Source of the DNA: Nitrospirota bacterium
Lineage (GTDB): Bacteria; Nitrospirota; Nitrospiria; Nitrospirales; Nitrospiraceae
Length of the DNA: 64,000 nt
Assembly (NCBI GenBank): GCA_963701855.1
Contig: CAVPBK010000002.1
Coordinates: 1 to 64,000, forward strand
Direction of reading: 5' to 3'
Position 1 is the stretch's first letter. Each line of letters starts with the position of its first letter. The notes beneath the pieces were generated by a model, which saw nothing but the letters and a program-made list of their open reading frames with translations, searched no databases and had not been told where the DNA came from. Position numbers and translations under genes: made by a program. This document shows, piece after piece, positions 32,481 through 42,981 of the stretch.

Positions 32481-35400
32481 TTAGGCGGCGGCCTTCACAC
32501 TGTCCAGCACTTCGCGCACCTTTTGCGCCAGCGCGGGTGGTGAAAAGGGCTTCGGCAGAAACCCGATCTGACGATTTATACCACCTTGGTCGAACACCGG
32601 ATGATCCGGGTACCCCGACATGTAGAGCACTTTAATCTCTGGCCGGACGGTCAGGATCTTCTCCGCGACCTCAGGCCCGCTCATCTGTGGCATAACGACA
32701 TCCGTCAACAACAGATGGATGGGCCCCATGTATTTTGCGCTGGCGAGGAGGGCTTCGATGCCATGACGCGCCTCCAGCACCGTATAGCCTTGAAGCCGCA
32801 ACGTCTCGTGCACGAGACCGCGAACCGCCGGCTCATCCTCGACCAAAAGAATCGTTTCTCTGCCATGTGCCGGATCAATCGCTTCGACCGCCCCGGTCGG
32901 CCCCAGTACCTCTTGTTCGACCCGTGGAAAGTAGATCCGGAACGTCGTGCCTCGATCGGGAGCACTTTCCACAAAGATGCTCCCTCCGCTCTGCTTGACG
33001 ATGCCATAGACGGTCGAGAGTCCCAGTCCCGTCCCTTTTCCTTTTTCCTTCGTCGTGAAGAACGGCTCGAACAGATGCGACCGGGTCTCAGCATCCATCC
33101 CATGACCGTTATCACGAACCGCCAATAACACATACGACCCCGGCGCCAGCCCCACAGCGTCCAGGCTTGCATCATTCTCAATCGTCACATTCGTGGTTTC
33201 AATCGTCAGGCGCCCGCCCTTGGGCATCGCATCACGCGCATTGACCACCAGGTTCATAATGACCTGCTCGATCTGTCCAGGATCCGCCTTGATGGCGCCA
33301 GCCGACGCATCAAGTTCGGCGCTGAGTTCGACGATATCTTCACCGATGAGGCGCCGCAACATGCCGTCCATATTGGTCACAAGGGCATTGAGATCGAGAA
33401 CTTTCGCCGCGATGAACTGACGTTGGCTGAACGCCAATAATTGACGGGTTAGCCCGGAGGCCCGATCCGCAGCTTTCTTCACCTCCTCCATGTCCTTCCG
33501 CATGGCGTCGGTGGGGCCCAAACGACCCAAGAGCAACTCGCTGTACCCTCGAATCACCGTGAGGAGATTATTGAAATCGTGCGCCATGCCGCCGGCCAAT
33601 CGCCCCACCGCCTCCATCTTCTGCGCCTGTCGCAATTGCGCCTCGGTTTCCCGTAACACCCCTTCCGTTCTAGCCCGCTCGCAAAATTGGCCGATCTTGA
33701 GACCGATGTCTTCCACCATCCTCAACAACTCGTCATCGGGCTGCCTTACCGAATGACTGAAGAGTTCGATGACTCCCTCAATCTCATGCCCTACTAGAAC
33801 AGGAAATCCAACGGCCCCGTGAAGCCCGACTTGTCGAGCCAGCGCTCCGCGAGTGAAATGAGCATCCATCGTGACGTCCGTCACCCAAGCCGACTTGCCG
33901 CTGCTCCAAATACGTCCGGGCAAATCTTCGCCGCGTGTAAACCCACGTTGCAAGGTGTCCAGGGTAAATGGATCGGCCTGCACTGACGGCGCCTTCCACT
34001 GATCGAAGCAACGCAGTACCCCGGTCGCCTTATCCACCCGCCAGAACACGCCCAGGTCCCACTCCAGGCTCTCCCCGATGGCCTGAATGATTTTCGGGAC
34101 AGCTTCTTCCAGGGTCGTCGCCTCGGCGAGAACTCGGGTCACTGCATACTGAGAGGCGAGACGCCGTTCAGCCCGGCGGCGGTCGGTGATGTCCCGGATA
34201 AAGGCGCTGAAGATGTACGCATCCCCTATTTTTGCCGGTGACACCGCAAGTTCAGCGGGAAGCTCCCGTCCGTTTCTATGTTGGGCAACAATTTCAATCC
34301 GGCGGTTCAAAATTGTTCCATCTCCCGTACGAAGGAATTCACGGATGCCATGTTCAAACGCCTGACGATCCCGCTCAGGAATAATAGTTTTAGTAAGGGC
34401 CCGCCCCAGCGCTTCCTCGCGGGACCATCCAAAGATCGCCGTGGCCTGTGCATTCCAATCGGTCACCATCCCCGTCGAATCGATAGTGATCACCCCGTCA
34501 AGCGCGGTATCGACGATGGCCCGATTTCGTTCCTGGCTCTGGAGCAACGCGGCTTCAGCGGCTTTTGCCCAGGCACTTTCCTGTTGTGCCTGTCGATGCT
34601 CTGCGCGCAATCGTGTCGTGGCCCAGAACAACAGCCCCAGCATGGGAATCAAGACCACCCCGCCGGCAATCCCAACTTTCCATAAAAAGGCATGAATAGG
34701 CGCCAGGATGTCCTGTCGATCCATTCGCACCAAGACCGACCAGCCCAGCCCAGCAAATTCTCCAAAGCCCCTGGTCTGCGCGTAGCCAGTCACCACCTGA
34801 ACGTGCCGTTGCAGGTGCTCTTCCTCGATAAACCCCGGCACACCGGTCTCGCTCAGCAGCACCGAAGGGAGTCTAAGCTCTTTGAGACTGATGGCACCTT
34901 TGTGGAGCAGATCTGAGTCGACAAACACCCTGCCCTGCTTCGTCAACATTTGGTACTCGATTCGTTCCCCCGCTTCTGCTCCTGGTCGAGACTCAAGTGA
35001 GCGAATAGTTCTGGTAGTAACTTCCTCCAAAAATGGGACTCCCACTTGCAAATTCACTACACCCAGGAACGTGTCATGCGAGTCGAGAATCGGCGCCGTA
35101 AACGCGATGATGTCTACACTACTCTCCCCGGTATCCTGTACCGCAACATCGGCAATGTCGAGTCGTCGCGTCGCACGCGCAGCGATAAACGATGTGGCAC
35201 GGCTATAGTCACGCCCTACCAGCGCGGGCTCCGTCGACGCCACGACCGTACCTTGAACGTCCATAACCGCTAACGACAGGTAACCCGGGGCATATGTCGT
35301 CTTCATCCATTTCAGATATTCGGAAAGATATGTCGGATCGGAAGTGCGCAACGAAACGGCTCGAGCCAGCATGAGAGCGTCACCCTGGCGTTCGAATAGC

Positions 35401-35597
35401 ATCCGGTCGAGTTTCTCGGCCACTTCCGCCGCGGCCAGTGTGAGTTCTCCTCCTGTCGTCTCCACGAGGCGAGATTCGACAAACCGAATCAGCCCGATAC
35501 CGACGAGGACCGCGAATAGGGTCATGGCGATCAGGAGATGAGGCAACCACCGATAGCGGCGACGGTCGAGAAATGATACGGCCATTGCGGTCTTCAT
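32481..35597 (-). CDS. Hybrid sensor histidine kinase (TM-Cache-TM-PAS-GAF-HisKA-HATPase-REC)
   Basis: AHDFNNLL, NLVVNARDAM, FEPFFTTK, GTGLGL; REC ILLVEDE/TDVVMP. Confidence 0.95.
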   Translation of the reverse strand: MKTAMAVSFLDRRRYRWLPHLLIAMTLFAVLVGIGLIRFVESRLVETTGGELTLAAAEVAEKLDRMLFERQGDALMLARAVSLRTSDPTYLSEYLKWMKTTYAPGYLSLAVMDVQGTVVASTEPALVGRDYSRATSFIAARATRRLDIADVAVQDTGESSVDIIAFTAPILDSHDTFLGVVNLQVGVPFLEEVTTRTIRSLESRPGAEAGERIEYQMLTKQGRVFVDSDLLHKGAISLKELRLPSVLLSETGVPGFIEEEHLQRHVQVVTGYAQTRGFGEFAGLGWSVLVRMDRQDILAPIHAFLWKVGIAGGVVLIPMLGLLFWATTRLRAEHRQAQQESAWAKAAEAALLQSQERNRAIVDTALDGVITIDSTGMVTDWNAQATAIFGWSREEALGRALTKTIIPERDRQAFEHGIREFLRTGDGTILNRRIEIVAQHRNGRELPAELAVSPAKIGDAYIFSAFIRDITDRRRAERRLASQYAVTRVLAEATTLEEAVPKIIQAIGESLEWDLGVFWRVDKATGVLRCFDQWKAPSVQADPFTLDTLQRGFTRGEDLPGRIWSSGKSAWVTDVTMDAHFTRGALARQVGLHGAVGFPVLVGHEIEGVIELFSHSVRQPDDELLRMVEDIGLKIGQFCERARTEGVLRETEAQLRQAQKMEAVGRLAGGMAHDFNNLLTVIRGYSELLLGRLGPTDAMRKDMEEVKKAADRASGLTRQLLAFSQRQFIAAKVLDLNALVTNMDGMLRRLIGEDIVELSAELDASAGAIKADPGQIEQVIMNLVVNARDAMPKGGRLTIETTNVTIENDASLDAVGLAPGSYVLLAVRDNGHGMDAETRSHLFEPFFTTKEKGKGTGLGLSTVYGIVKQSGGSIFVESAPDRGTTFRIYFPRVEQEVLGPTGAVEAIDPAHGRETILLVEDEPAVRGLVHETLRLQGYTVLEARHGIEALLASAKYMGPIHLLLTDVVMPQMSGPEVAEKILTVRPEIKVLYMSGYPDHPVFDQGGINRQIGFLPKPFSPPALAQKVREVLDSVKAAA

Positions 35598-37162
35598 GAT
35601 TCACGCATCGGGAAGGCCACGAAGTTGGAAATCAGCATGGTGGGATGATAGGCCTGTTTCGATGCACGCAACCCGGGAAGACCTGCATCGTCCATTGCAT
35701 TGATGTATTCGGCCCCTTCCGTCATGGCAGTCCGACAGGTCTCCCGAAATAAATACTGCGCCAGACCCGGAAGAGCCCGATCCGTCACCTCTAAGAGGAC
35801 ACAGAATGTTGTGCTCGTCAACCAATAGCCGAATGTATAGGCACACAGCCGGCCCTGAATCCGGATGATCCTCGCCGTGACACGAAGGTCCGACGCCTGC
35901 GACCAGAGAACTTCATGGGCCGACGACGCATCGGCCAACAGCATGCCCCCAAACAATTCGAGCCCTTTCGCTTGCTTCTGCCGCGACCAATCCCCTAGGA
36001 GGGCACGACAGTCCTGACGATCACCAATCTGATAGGAGTTCATCTCAAAGGACTGCTCTCGTTCGAATCGATTGCATAGGGCGCGTTGAGACTTATATCG
36101 ATCGCCTGCCAAGGCTGCGAGGTCCGTCACACGATACAAGTAGTCCGGCTCCTTGGGCATCACACGATACCCCAGCCGCTCCAACTCCGGTACCAACTGG
36201 GAAGACACGTTCTCAACTCGGCTGACTGCCGAGTCACCATTCCATCGCCGCAGCAGTCCCATCGCGTCAAACAGGGGTGCGTCGATCGAGTGGGCTCCGA
36301 TCGGAGGCAGGGGCATGAACCAGCCGTCCGGCGATTGCGCGAAGAGGCAAAAAGCTCCATGAAGCTCCATCCACCAATAGGCCAATAATCCATTCCACAT
36401 GTAGTGATAGGCTGGCGAATAGGCCGCGAGCGACTGAGGGCCGCATAACTCAGACCGATCCAATGCCGTCGTCATGCGTGGGATATCGTCCAGTGTAAGC
36501 CGACGCAGCGGCGCAGGCCCCCACTGACCAGCCACGGCTTCGGTGAGGCGCGGAAGAAGGGTGAGCACCACCACGTCCTCTTGAAACCGCCCGATAAGAC
36601 GAGGATGCGCGACAACATGGTCCCGGATGTCCGGTCGATCAAGCAAGGCCCTCACCCGATCGGCATGACGCTGAATCTCCGATGGAATCTCCTCTCGCAT
36701 GAACGGACATTTCGTATCCCACCCCAGCAACACCTGCTCCTGCGGCTCATCCCACATCAGCGCCAAAGGATAGAGCTGACAATCAAACGGACGCTGCTCA
36801 TATATACGACAGGTTGAGGTCGCTGTTTCGAATGCCGGACAGAGATACCCGCCTCCGTGAGGCTCGGGAGCCAGGATTACCTGTGCCCCCCGCCGATTGG
36901 GAAAGGCCGTTTCCTCAACGCCCCCGGCCAGGGCCCAGGCGATTTCGTTCTCGGTAAAATACGGACGAAGGGCGCTGTCGGGGTCCGGAAATCGGCAACA
37001 GACATCGCACTGGAGACAGGTGCGGCTCGGCACGAGTTGTGGCAGTACAATCGGTGATGTCACGGAATCGCCTACCCGCTCATCAGTATGTGATATGCAG
37101 ACATAAAAAGGAATCCAATTGGTGTGCGCCCATACTAGCATCCTTCCATAAGAAGTGCCCAA
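35594..37162 (-). CDS. Fusion of a YkgJ-type Cys-cluster domain and a DUF2156 (MprF-C-like GNAT) domain; true start probably ~37063
   Basis: CLQCDVCC...CPAF...CRIYEQRPFDCQLYP...CP, then DYLYRVTDLAALAGDRY...YINAMDDAGLPGLRASKQAYHP. Confidence 0.8.
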   Translation of the reverse strand: MGTSYGRMLVWAHTNWIPFYVCISHTDERVGDSVTSPIVLPQLVPSRTCLQCDVCCRFPDPDSALRPYFTENEIAWALAGGVEETAFPNRRGAQVILAPEPHGGGYLCPAFETATSTCRIYEQRPFDCQLYPLALMWDEPQEQVLLGWDTKCPFMREEIPSEIQRHADRVRALLDRPDIRDHVVAHPRLIGRFQEDVVVLTLLPRLTEAVAGQWGPAPLRRLTLDDIPRMTTALDRSELCGPQSLAAYSPAYHYMWNGLLAYWWMELHGAFCLFAQSPDGWFMPLPPIGAHSIDAPLFDAMGLLRRWNGDSAVSRVENVSSQLVPELERLGYRVMPKEPDYLYRVTDLAALAGDRYKSQRALCNRFEREQSFEMNSYQIGDRQDCRALLGDWSRQKQAKGLELFGGMLLADASSAHEVLWSQASDLRVTARIIRIQGRLCAYTFGYWLTSTTFCVLLEVTDRALPGLAQYLFRETCRTAMTEGAEYINAMDDAGLPGLRASKQAYHPTMLISNFVAFPMRES

Positions 37163-37230
37163 GGCATGTCACTTTTTACACCGCTCCTCTCGCCCCTTGT
37201 ACGGTCCTAAAGCCCGTGTTACAGTTCTCA

Positions 37231-37414
37231 GTCCGCATTATTCATGACGCTTCGTCGCAAAATCATGCAGCCGCACGGGACAAGCGCGAAGAGCAAAACT
37301 CGCGTGACGTATCAGCCCCTGTCCATGCAGTCGCGCTTTTCTCCCAACGCTCGCCCGTCTCGCTTAAGTCAGGGATCGGCGATTGCGGCAGAAGCGTTCA
37401 CGAATAATGCGGGT
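37231..37414. mobile_element. ~185-bp MITE (family M)
   Basis: TIR ccgcattattcatga/tcacgaataatgcggg; homologous to 47744-47933. Confidence 0.75.
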
Positions 37415-37438
37415 TAGGCCTCGAATGAGGGGCTCTCT

Positions 37439-38920
37439 TTGACACGGATACCGCCTCTGTCTGACTTGGCTACTTCCGACCTCTTATATCGTTGCGCAGT
37501 CATCCGTGACCAGCTGAGCCAAGCTGGGCTCTTTCCATCTCTGCCCGGACAGGCTTCAGCCCCGGAAATGGCCACAACCACGACGACCTGGCGCATTGCC
37601 ACCGCACCCTTTCCTCTCACGAAAGGCCAGTTAGACTTTTTCCACCGACTTGGACCGCAGCTTTTTTCTTTTTATCGAGCCCTGAACCGCCTTTATAACG
37701 ACAGTGTACGCGGCCTCCAGCCAACCTGGGTCGCAGGATACCTTGACCAAGGAAAGCCGGAAGGTCTGCTGACGTACAGCCGGATGAAACGGTTTCGCGA
37801 CCGGCTTCCTGCGGTCATCCGACCGGATATCATCCCCACCCAAGACGGCATGCTGATCACCGAGCTCGACTCAGTCCCCGGAGGAATCGGTATGACCGCA
37901 TGCCTCTCGTCGCTCTATGCCGATGGAGAGGTTGGCGGCCTCTCACTCGTGGGAGGCCCCGAGGGGATGGTGCGTGGATTTGCAGCCATGCTGAGAGCCC
38001 AGCTTGCCCAGCATACCGGATGCGTCGCGATTCTGATTTCGGAGGAAGCCAAAGACTATCGGCCTGAGATGACGTGGCTCGCGGCCCGGCTTCGAGCGAT
38101 CGGCCTCGACGCCTACTGCGCGGAACCTCGTCACATTCGATTCACCGAAGAGGGCCTCAGGATAATACGCGATGGCATGGATCAGCCAATCGCCTTGATT
38201 TACCGTTTCTATGAGTTATTCGACCTCTTAAACATTCCAAAGTCCGAACTCGTCCAATATGCGATCAAGAAAGACCGGGTCGCCGTCACGCCACCGTACA
38301 AGCCGGCGCTGGAAGAAAAGCTCGCCTTTGCCCTCCTCCATCACCCGACTTTGCAACCCTTCTGGGAACAGGCATTGGGCCGGGAGGTCTTCCTGCGCCT
38401 AACCACCATCATGCCGCATACCTGGATTCTGGATCCTGCGCCGATTCCTCCGTCCGCCACAATTCCTGGTTTGGCGATCGGCGAACGAGCCGTAATGGAC
38501 TGGCGCGAACTGGCTACGGCAACCCAGAAAGAACGGCATTTTGTGATCAAGCCATCGGGGTTTTCCGAACTCGCCTGGGGCAGTCGCGGTGTATCGGTCG
38601 GACACGATATGCCGCAAAGCGAGTGGGCCGGCGCCATCGACAAGGCTCTGGCCTCCTTTCCCCAAACGCCCTATATCCTTCAGGAGTTTCACAAGGGCCG
38701 CCTGTATGAACTCGACTACTTCGATCCGGTGACTGGTGAGATGAACCGAATGTCCGGCCGGGCCAGGCTCTCGCCCTATTATTTCGTGAGTGGCGAAAAG
38801 ACCGAACTGGCTGGTATCCTGGCCACCGTCTGCCCGGCGGATAAGAAAGTAATCCACGGGATGAAAGATGCTGTCATGGTGCCGTGCGCAGTTATAGGGA
38901 ACGCGAGTGCTGAGTGCTGA
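37439..38920 (+). CDS. Circularly permuted ATP-grasp / glutathionylspermidine-synthase-like ligase
   Basis: IRPDII...ITELDSVPGGIG, FVIKPSGFS..WGSRGV, YILQEF. Confidence 0.7.
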   Translation: MTRIPPLSDLATSDLLYRCAVIRDQLSQAGLFPSLPGQASAPEMATTTTTWRIATAPFPLTKGQLDFFHRLGPQLFSFYRALNRLYNDSVRGLQPTWVAGYLDQGKPEGLLTYSRMKRFRDRLPAVIRPDIIPTQDGMLITELDSVPGGIGMTACLSSLYADGEVGGLSLVGGPEGMVRGFAAMLRAQLAQHTGCVAILISEEAKDYRPEMTWLAARLRAIGLDAYCAEPRHIRFTEEGLRIIRDGMDQPIALIYRFYELFDLLNIPKSELVQYAIKKDRVAVTPPYKPALEEKLAFALLHHPTLQPFWEQALGREVFLRLTTIMPHTWILDPAPIPPSATIPGLAIGERAVMDWRELATATQKERHFVIKPSGFSELAWGSRGVSVGHDMPQSEWAGAIDKALASFPQTPYILQEFHKGRLYELDYFDPVTGEMNRMSGRARLSPYYFVSGEKTELAGILATVCPADKKVIHGMKDAVMVPCAVIGNASAEC

Positions 38921-38993
38921 GTGCTATGTCTCGAATCTCAGACTCGGAAGGCGTACTTCAGAATTCAACACTCAGCACTCAGAACGTAGCACT
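38905..38993. repeat. 7-nt-period palindromic repeat
   Basis: gagtgct gagtgct gagtgct ... ttcaaca ctcagca ctcagaa cgtagcact. Confidence 0.75.
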
Positions 38994-39248
38994 ATGTCAT
39001 TAACGCTCTATCACGTTGCCTGGTGTCCCGACTGTGAGGTGGTGCGCCGGAAACTGGCTGACCTCCATCTCGCATACGAGCATGTGGTCGTACCCGACTT
39101 TCGCCCGATGCGCAAAGTGGTCCAAGAAGTCTCAGGCCAATATTATGTTCCAGTCCTCACGGATGGAGACATCGTGCTGACGGAAACCAGCGACATCCTC
39201 GATCATCTGGATAAGACATACGGTCAAGAACGGATCACGAACGACTAA
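38994..39248 (+). CDS. Dithiol glutaredoxin-like protein
   Basis: WCPDC, SGQYYVPVL.DG. Confidence 0.88.
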   Translation: MSLTLYHVAWCPDCEVVRRKLADLHLAYEHVVVPDFRPMRKVVQEVSGQYYVPVLTDGDIVLTETSDILDHLDKTYGQERITND

Positions 39249-39307
39249 CAGGCTGCGGGGAAACCACTGCAGGATGGTTGACCCACTCGACTGCAAAGGA
39301 GACCGGC

Positions 39308-40432
39308 ATGGAAGCATGGAGACGCATACTCGCCGACAGTATTGTGAAGCCAAAAGACTTGGCGAACCGGCTCGGTATCGATGCGAAAGAAATCGAAGCC
39401 ATCGTGGGCGACTATCCGATGCGCATTACCCCCACGGTAATGGCGACGATCAAAGAAAAGGGCGACGCCATTTGGAAACAGGTAGTCCCGGACATCGCCG
39501 AGATGGACGACTTCGAGGCAGAAGACGATCCGCTCGAAGAAGACCTCATGAGTCCGGTCCCGCATCTAGTCCATCGCTATCCAGATCGTGTCCTATTGAT
39601 GGTGACAAATCAGTGCCCGATCTATTGCCGATTCTGCACAAGAAAACGGCTGGTCGGGAAACCGGGATTCCTCAAGAAGGGTGAACTCGACCAAGCCATC
39701 GCCTACCTGCGCGAGCATACGGAAGTGCGCGACGTCATTCTCTCCGGCGGCGACCCCCTGCTCCTGCCGGATCATTTATTGGACAGGATCCTCAAGGCCC
39801 TGCGCACGATCCCGCATCTCGAACTCATTCGCCTCGGGTCCCGGGTGCCCGGCACATTACCGGAACGGATCACCCCGGAACTCTGCGCGATCGTGAAGAA
39901 GTACCATCCGATCTATATGAACCTGCACTTCAATCACCCGGACGAGCTGACCCCGGAAGTCAAAGAGGCCTGCGGGATGTTGGCCGACGCCGGCGTGCCG
40001 CTCGGCGCGCAAACCGTGCTGCTCAAAGGCGTCAACGACGATCCTGAGACTATGAAACAATTGATGCATCAGCTGCTGCTCGCTCGCATCAAACCCTACT
40101 ATCTCTACCAGGCGGATCTGACCAAAGGCACGAATCACTTCCGCACTACGGTCGAAACGGGGCTGAATATCATTAAGTCGTTGCAGGGCCACACCAGCGG
40201 GATGGCGGTCCCGCACTTTGTGATCGATGCCCCTGGCGGAGGTGGCAAGATTCCCTTGCTCCCCGGCGACTATATGGTGCACATGGATGCCACGGGGGTT
40301 CTCTTGAAGAACTATGAGAACAAGGCATTCCACTATCCGCAACCACAACAAGGGTCTGCGCGGGAGCTGCCGATGGTCAGCGCAGCGCCTGCGCTGGGGT
40401 CGTGCGGGCCTGGAACGCACGACGACCTATGA
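39308..40432 (+). CDS. KamA-family radical SAM enzyme (lysine 2,3-aminomutase-like)
   Basis: LVHRYPDR, CPIYCRFCTRK, LSGGDPL, HFNHP, PYYLYQAD, DAPGGGGKIP. Confidence 0.93.
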   Translation: MEAWRRILADSIVKPKDLANRLGIDAKEIEAIVGDYPMRITPTVMATIKEKGDAIWKQVVPDIAEMDDFEAEDDPLEEDLMSPVPHLVHRYPDRVLLMVTNQCPIYCRFCTRKRLVGKPGFLKKGELDQAIAYLREHTEVRDVILSGGDPLLLPDHLLDRILKALRTIPHLELIRLGSRVPGTLPERITPELCAIVKKYHPIYMNLHFNHPDELTPEVKEACGMLADAGVPLGAQTVLLKGVNDDPETMKQLMHQLLLARIKPYYLYQADLTKGTNHFRTTVETGLNIIKSLQGHTSGMAVPHFVIDAPGGGGKIPLLPGDYMVHMDATGVLLKNYENKAFHYPQPQQGSARELPMVSAAPALGSCGPGTHDDL

Positions 40433-41580
40433 GCACCGGGGCCACCCAGGGCATTTTGCCCTATCAACAGATTAAGCGGTTAATCGAGAGCCGTGCCATC
40501 CATGCTGACGTGCCGATCGAAGACCGGCAGATCCAGCCTGCCAGCCTCGATCTACGGCTAGGACGTAAGGCCTACCGATTGATCAGCAGCTTTCTGCCAG
40601 AGCTGTCCGAGATCACGAGCCGGCTCAATGTCCTGGACTTCTACCAGTCCGACCTCGTGATGTACGAGATGGACCTGACCGAGGGGGCCATTCTCGAAAA
40701 AGGCCACGTCTATCTCGTGCCGCTGTTGGAACGTGTGGCGCTACCCAAGACCCTCCGGGCGCGGACCAATCCCAAGAGTACGACTGGACGGCTGGACGTT
40801 TTTACCCGCGTTGTGACAGATCTCAATACCGGATTCGATGAAATCCGAGCCGGCTATTCCGGGCCTCTCTATCTGGAAATCGTCCCGCGCTCATTTGCGA
40901 TCAAGGTGAAGACCGGATACTCCCTCAATCAAATTCGCTTCGTCCGTGGCAACGTTACCGTGTCGGACCGGTCGCTTCAAACACTCCACAAGCGAGAACC
41001 CTTGCTCTATCATAACCTCCCCTCGAAGCACTCACTGGGCGCCCGCGATCTCAGGACAGATCGTGGCCTGTTTCTCCGCATCGACCTGAAGGGGGACGAC
41101 CAAAACGGCTCGCCCATTATCGGCTATCGGGCGAAGAAAAATAGCCACGTCATCGATCTGTCGAAGGTTGGCCACTACGCAGCGCTCGATTTTTGGGAAC
41201 CTCTATACCGCCACCGCCAGGACAGTCTTCTCTTGGAACCGGAAGAGTTTTACATTCTTGCATCGAAAGAACGGATACGCGTACCCGCCGGCTACGCGGC
41301 CGAGATGGTCGCCTTCGAAGCAGCTTGTGGCGAGTTACGGACCCACTATGCCGGGTTTTTCGATCCGGGATTTGGGTACGGCCGCGGCGAGCTGCACGGC
41401 ACCCAAGTGGTCCTGGAAGTCCGCCCTCACGACGTGCCTTTCCTGATCCACGATGGACAAACATTTTTTAAGGTTGTGTACGACAGGATGTCCGCACTCC
41501 CCAGTCAGCTCTATGGCACGGCCCTCGGATCCTCATATCAACGCCAAGGCCTGACCCTGAGCAAACATTTCAAGGTCTAG
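40429..41580 (+). CDS. dcd: dCTP deaminase (long DCD type)
   Basis: IQPASLDLRLG, NPKSTTGRLDVFTR, THYAGFFDPGFG, LEVR; ATGA overlap with kamA. Confidence 0.9.
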   Translation: MSTGATQGILPYQQIKRLIESRAIHADVPIEDRQIQPASLDLRLGRKAYRLISSFLPELSEITSRLNVLDFYQSDLVMYEMDLTEGAILEKGHVYLVPLLERVALPKTLRARTNPKSTTGRLDVFTRVVTDLNTGFDEIRAGYSGPLYLEIVPRSFAIKVKTGYSLNQIRFVRGNVTVSDRSLQTLHKREPLLYHNLPSKHSLGARDLRTDRGLFLRIDLKGDDQNGSPIIGYRAKKNSHVIDLSKVGHYAALDFWEPLYRHRQDSLLLEPEEFYILASKERIRVPAGYAAEMVAFEAACGELRTHYAGFFDPGFGYGRGELHGTQVVLEVRPHDVPFLIHDGQTFFKVVYDRMSALPSQLYGTALGSSYQRQGLTLSKHFKV

Positions 41581-41745
41581 CCCGATGCTGACACAAACCT
41601 CCAGCACGGAAAAGGCCGAGTTTCAGGCTAAGGGCGAGGCGAAGATAAAGAACGTCGAGTCCTCGCTCAACCTTGACCTCGACCTCAGCCTACCTCGTTC
41701 GCTCAGGATTCGAACGTTTCACGAACAGTTAGGAACCAGCTGACC

Positions 41746-42129
41746 ATGCCGCCAGAACCAACCAACGAGCCGGAGCGACGCGAGCCGGAGGAAGACTCCG
41801 GGGGTGACAACCAGTTGCGTGTCGCCGGAATGATCGTGGGCATTGCCCTCATTTTTCTCGGGTTCCTCGACATATTTCTCTCGATCAGCGGAGGATTCGA
41901 GATCGACGTCATTCCTTTCATGATTTATTTCGCGGGCGTCGCCGTGTGGGCAAACTCGGTCGTCGAAAATGTGACTTTCCGCTACAGCCTTATCGGCGGG
42001 GCCCTCCTACTTGCAGCCCTCTTCTACCACTTTGGGGAAGTCCTCTTCTGGCACAAGCAAGTGTTGTTTTGGTCCACCGTGGTGGTCGTGATGTATTTCA
42101 TGTTCAACGAACCGAAAAAACACAGCTGA
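41746..42129 (+). CDS. Small integral membrane protein
   Basis: Four hydrophobic segments. Confidence 0.75.
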   Translation: MPPEPTNEPERREPEEDSGGDNQLRVAGMIVGIALIFLGFLDIFLSISGGFEIDVIPFMIYFAGVAVWANSVVENVTFRYSLIGGALLLAALFYHFGEVLFWHKQVLFWSTVVVVMYFMFNEPKKHS

Positions 42130-42264
42130 TTGAAGCCCGGTCTGTCTGGTTCATTTGGTCTATCTGGTTTGTCTGATTCATCTGGCTAGGTTCGTTTAAC
42201 CAAACACACGAGACAGACCGAATAGACGAGAGAGACCGAACAGACCAATTACGGCTAATGAGTC

Positions 42265-42978
42265 ATGGCGATGCCGATCTCGGTCATCATCCCCACACTG
42301 AACGAAGAACGGACAATCATTGCGACACTTGCGCACACCGCCACGCTCGGCTTCGATGAACTCATCGTCATAGATGGAGGAAGCACCGATGAAACTCCCT
42401 CACTCGTCGAATCATACCGACACAGGTCTCAGTCCTCAGCACTCAGTCCTATACAATGGGTGACCGCTCCACCCGGACGCGCCCAGCAAATGAACGAAGG
42501 CGCAAAGAACAGTCGCGGAGAAATTTTATTATTTCTCCATGCCGACACACAACTTCCAAGCGATGCGAAAACGATAATCGAGACGACATTAGCCGATCAA
42601 CAGACGGTTGGCGGGCGGTTCGATGTCCGATTCGATTCCCCATCGATGTGGGGAGCCATCATCAGCAGGATGATGAACTGGCGATCGAGGCTGAGCGGCC
42701 TCGCCACCGGCGATCAGGCCCTGTTCGTGCGCCGTCTCATCTTCGAACAGATGGGAGGCTTCGCCGATATGCCGTTGATGGAGGATATCGAGTTTTCCCG
42801 CAGACTCAAACGGAAGGGAGCGACTGCTACCCTCACCGCAACCGTCACTACCTCTTTTCGTCGATGGGAACAGCACGGTCCCGTGCGGACGATCCTCTTG
42901 ATGTGGGCCTTACGGTTCCTGTATTGGGTCGGCATGAGCCCTCATACACTGAATCGGTGGTATGGATTGGTGCGATAA
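42265..42978 (+). CDS. GT2 glycosyltransferase, TIGR04283-type
   Basis: ISVIIPTLNEE, IDGGSTD, GRAQQMN.GA, FLHADT, GDQALFV, LMEDIE, TSFRRW. Confidence 0.9.
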   Translation: MAMPISVIIPTLNEERTIIATLAHTATLGFDELIVIDGGSTDETPSLVESYRHRSQSSALSPIQWVTAPPGRAQQMNEGAKNSRGEILLFLHADTQLPSDAKTIIETTLADQQTVGGRFDVRFDSPSMWGAIISRMMNWRSRLSGLATGDQALFVRRLIFEQMGGFADMPLMEDIEFSRRLKRKGATATLTATVTTSFRRWEQHGPVRTILLMWALRFLYWVGMSPHTLNRWYGLVR

Positions 42979-42981
42979 CCC

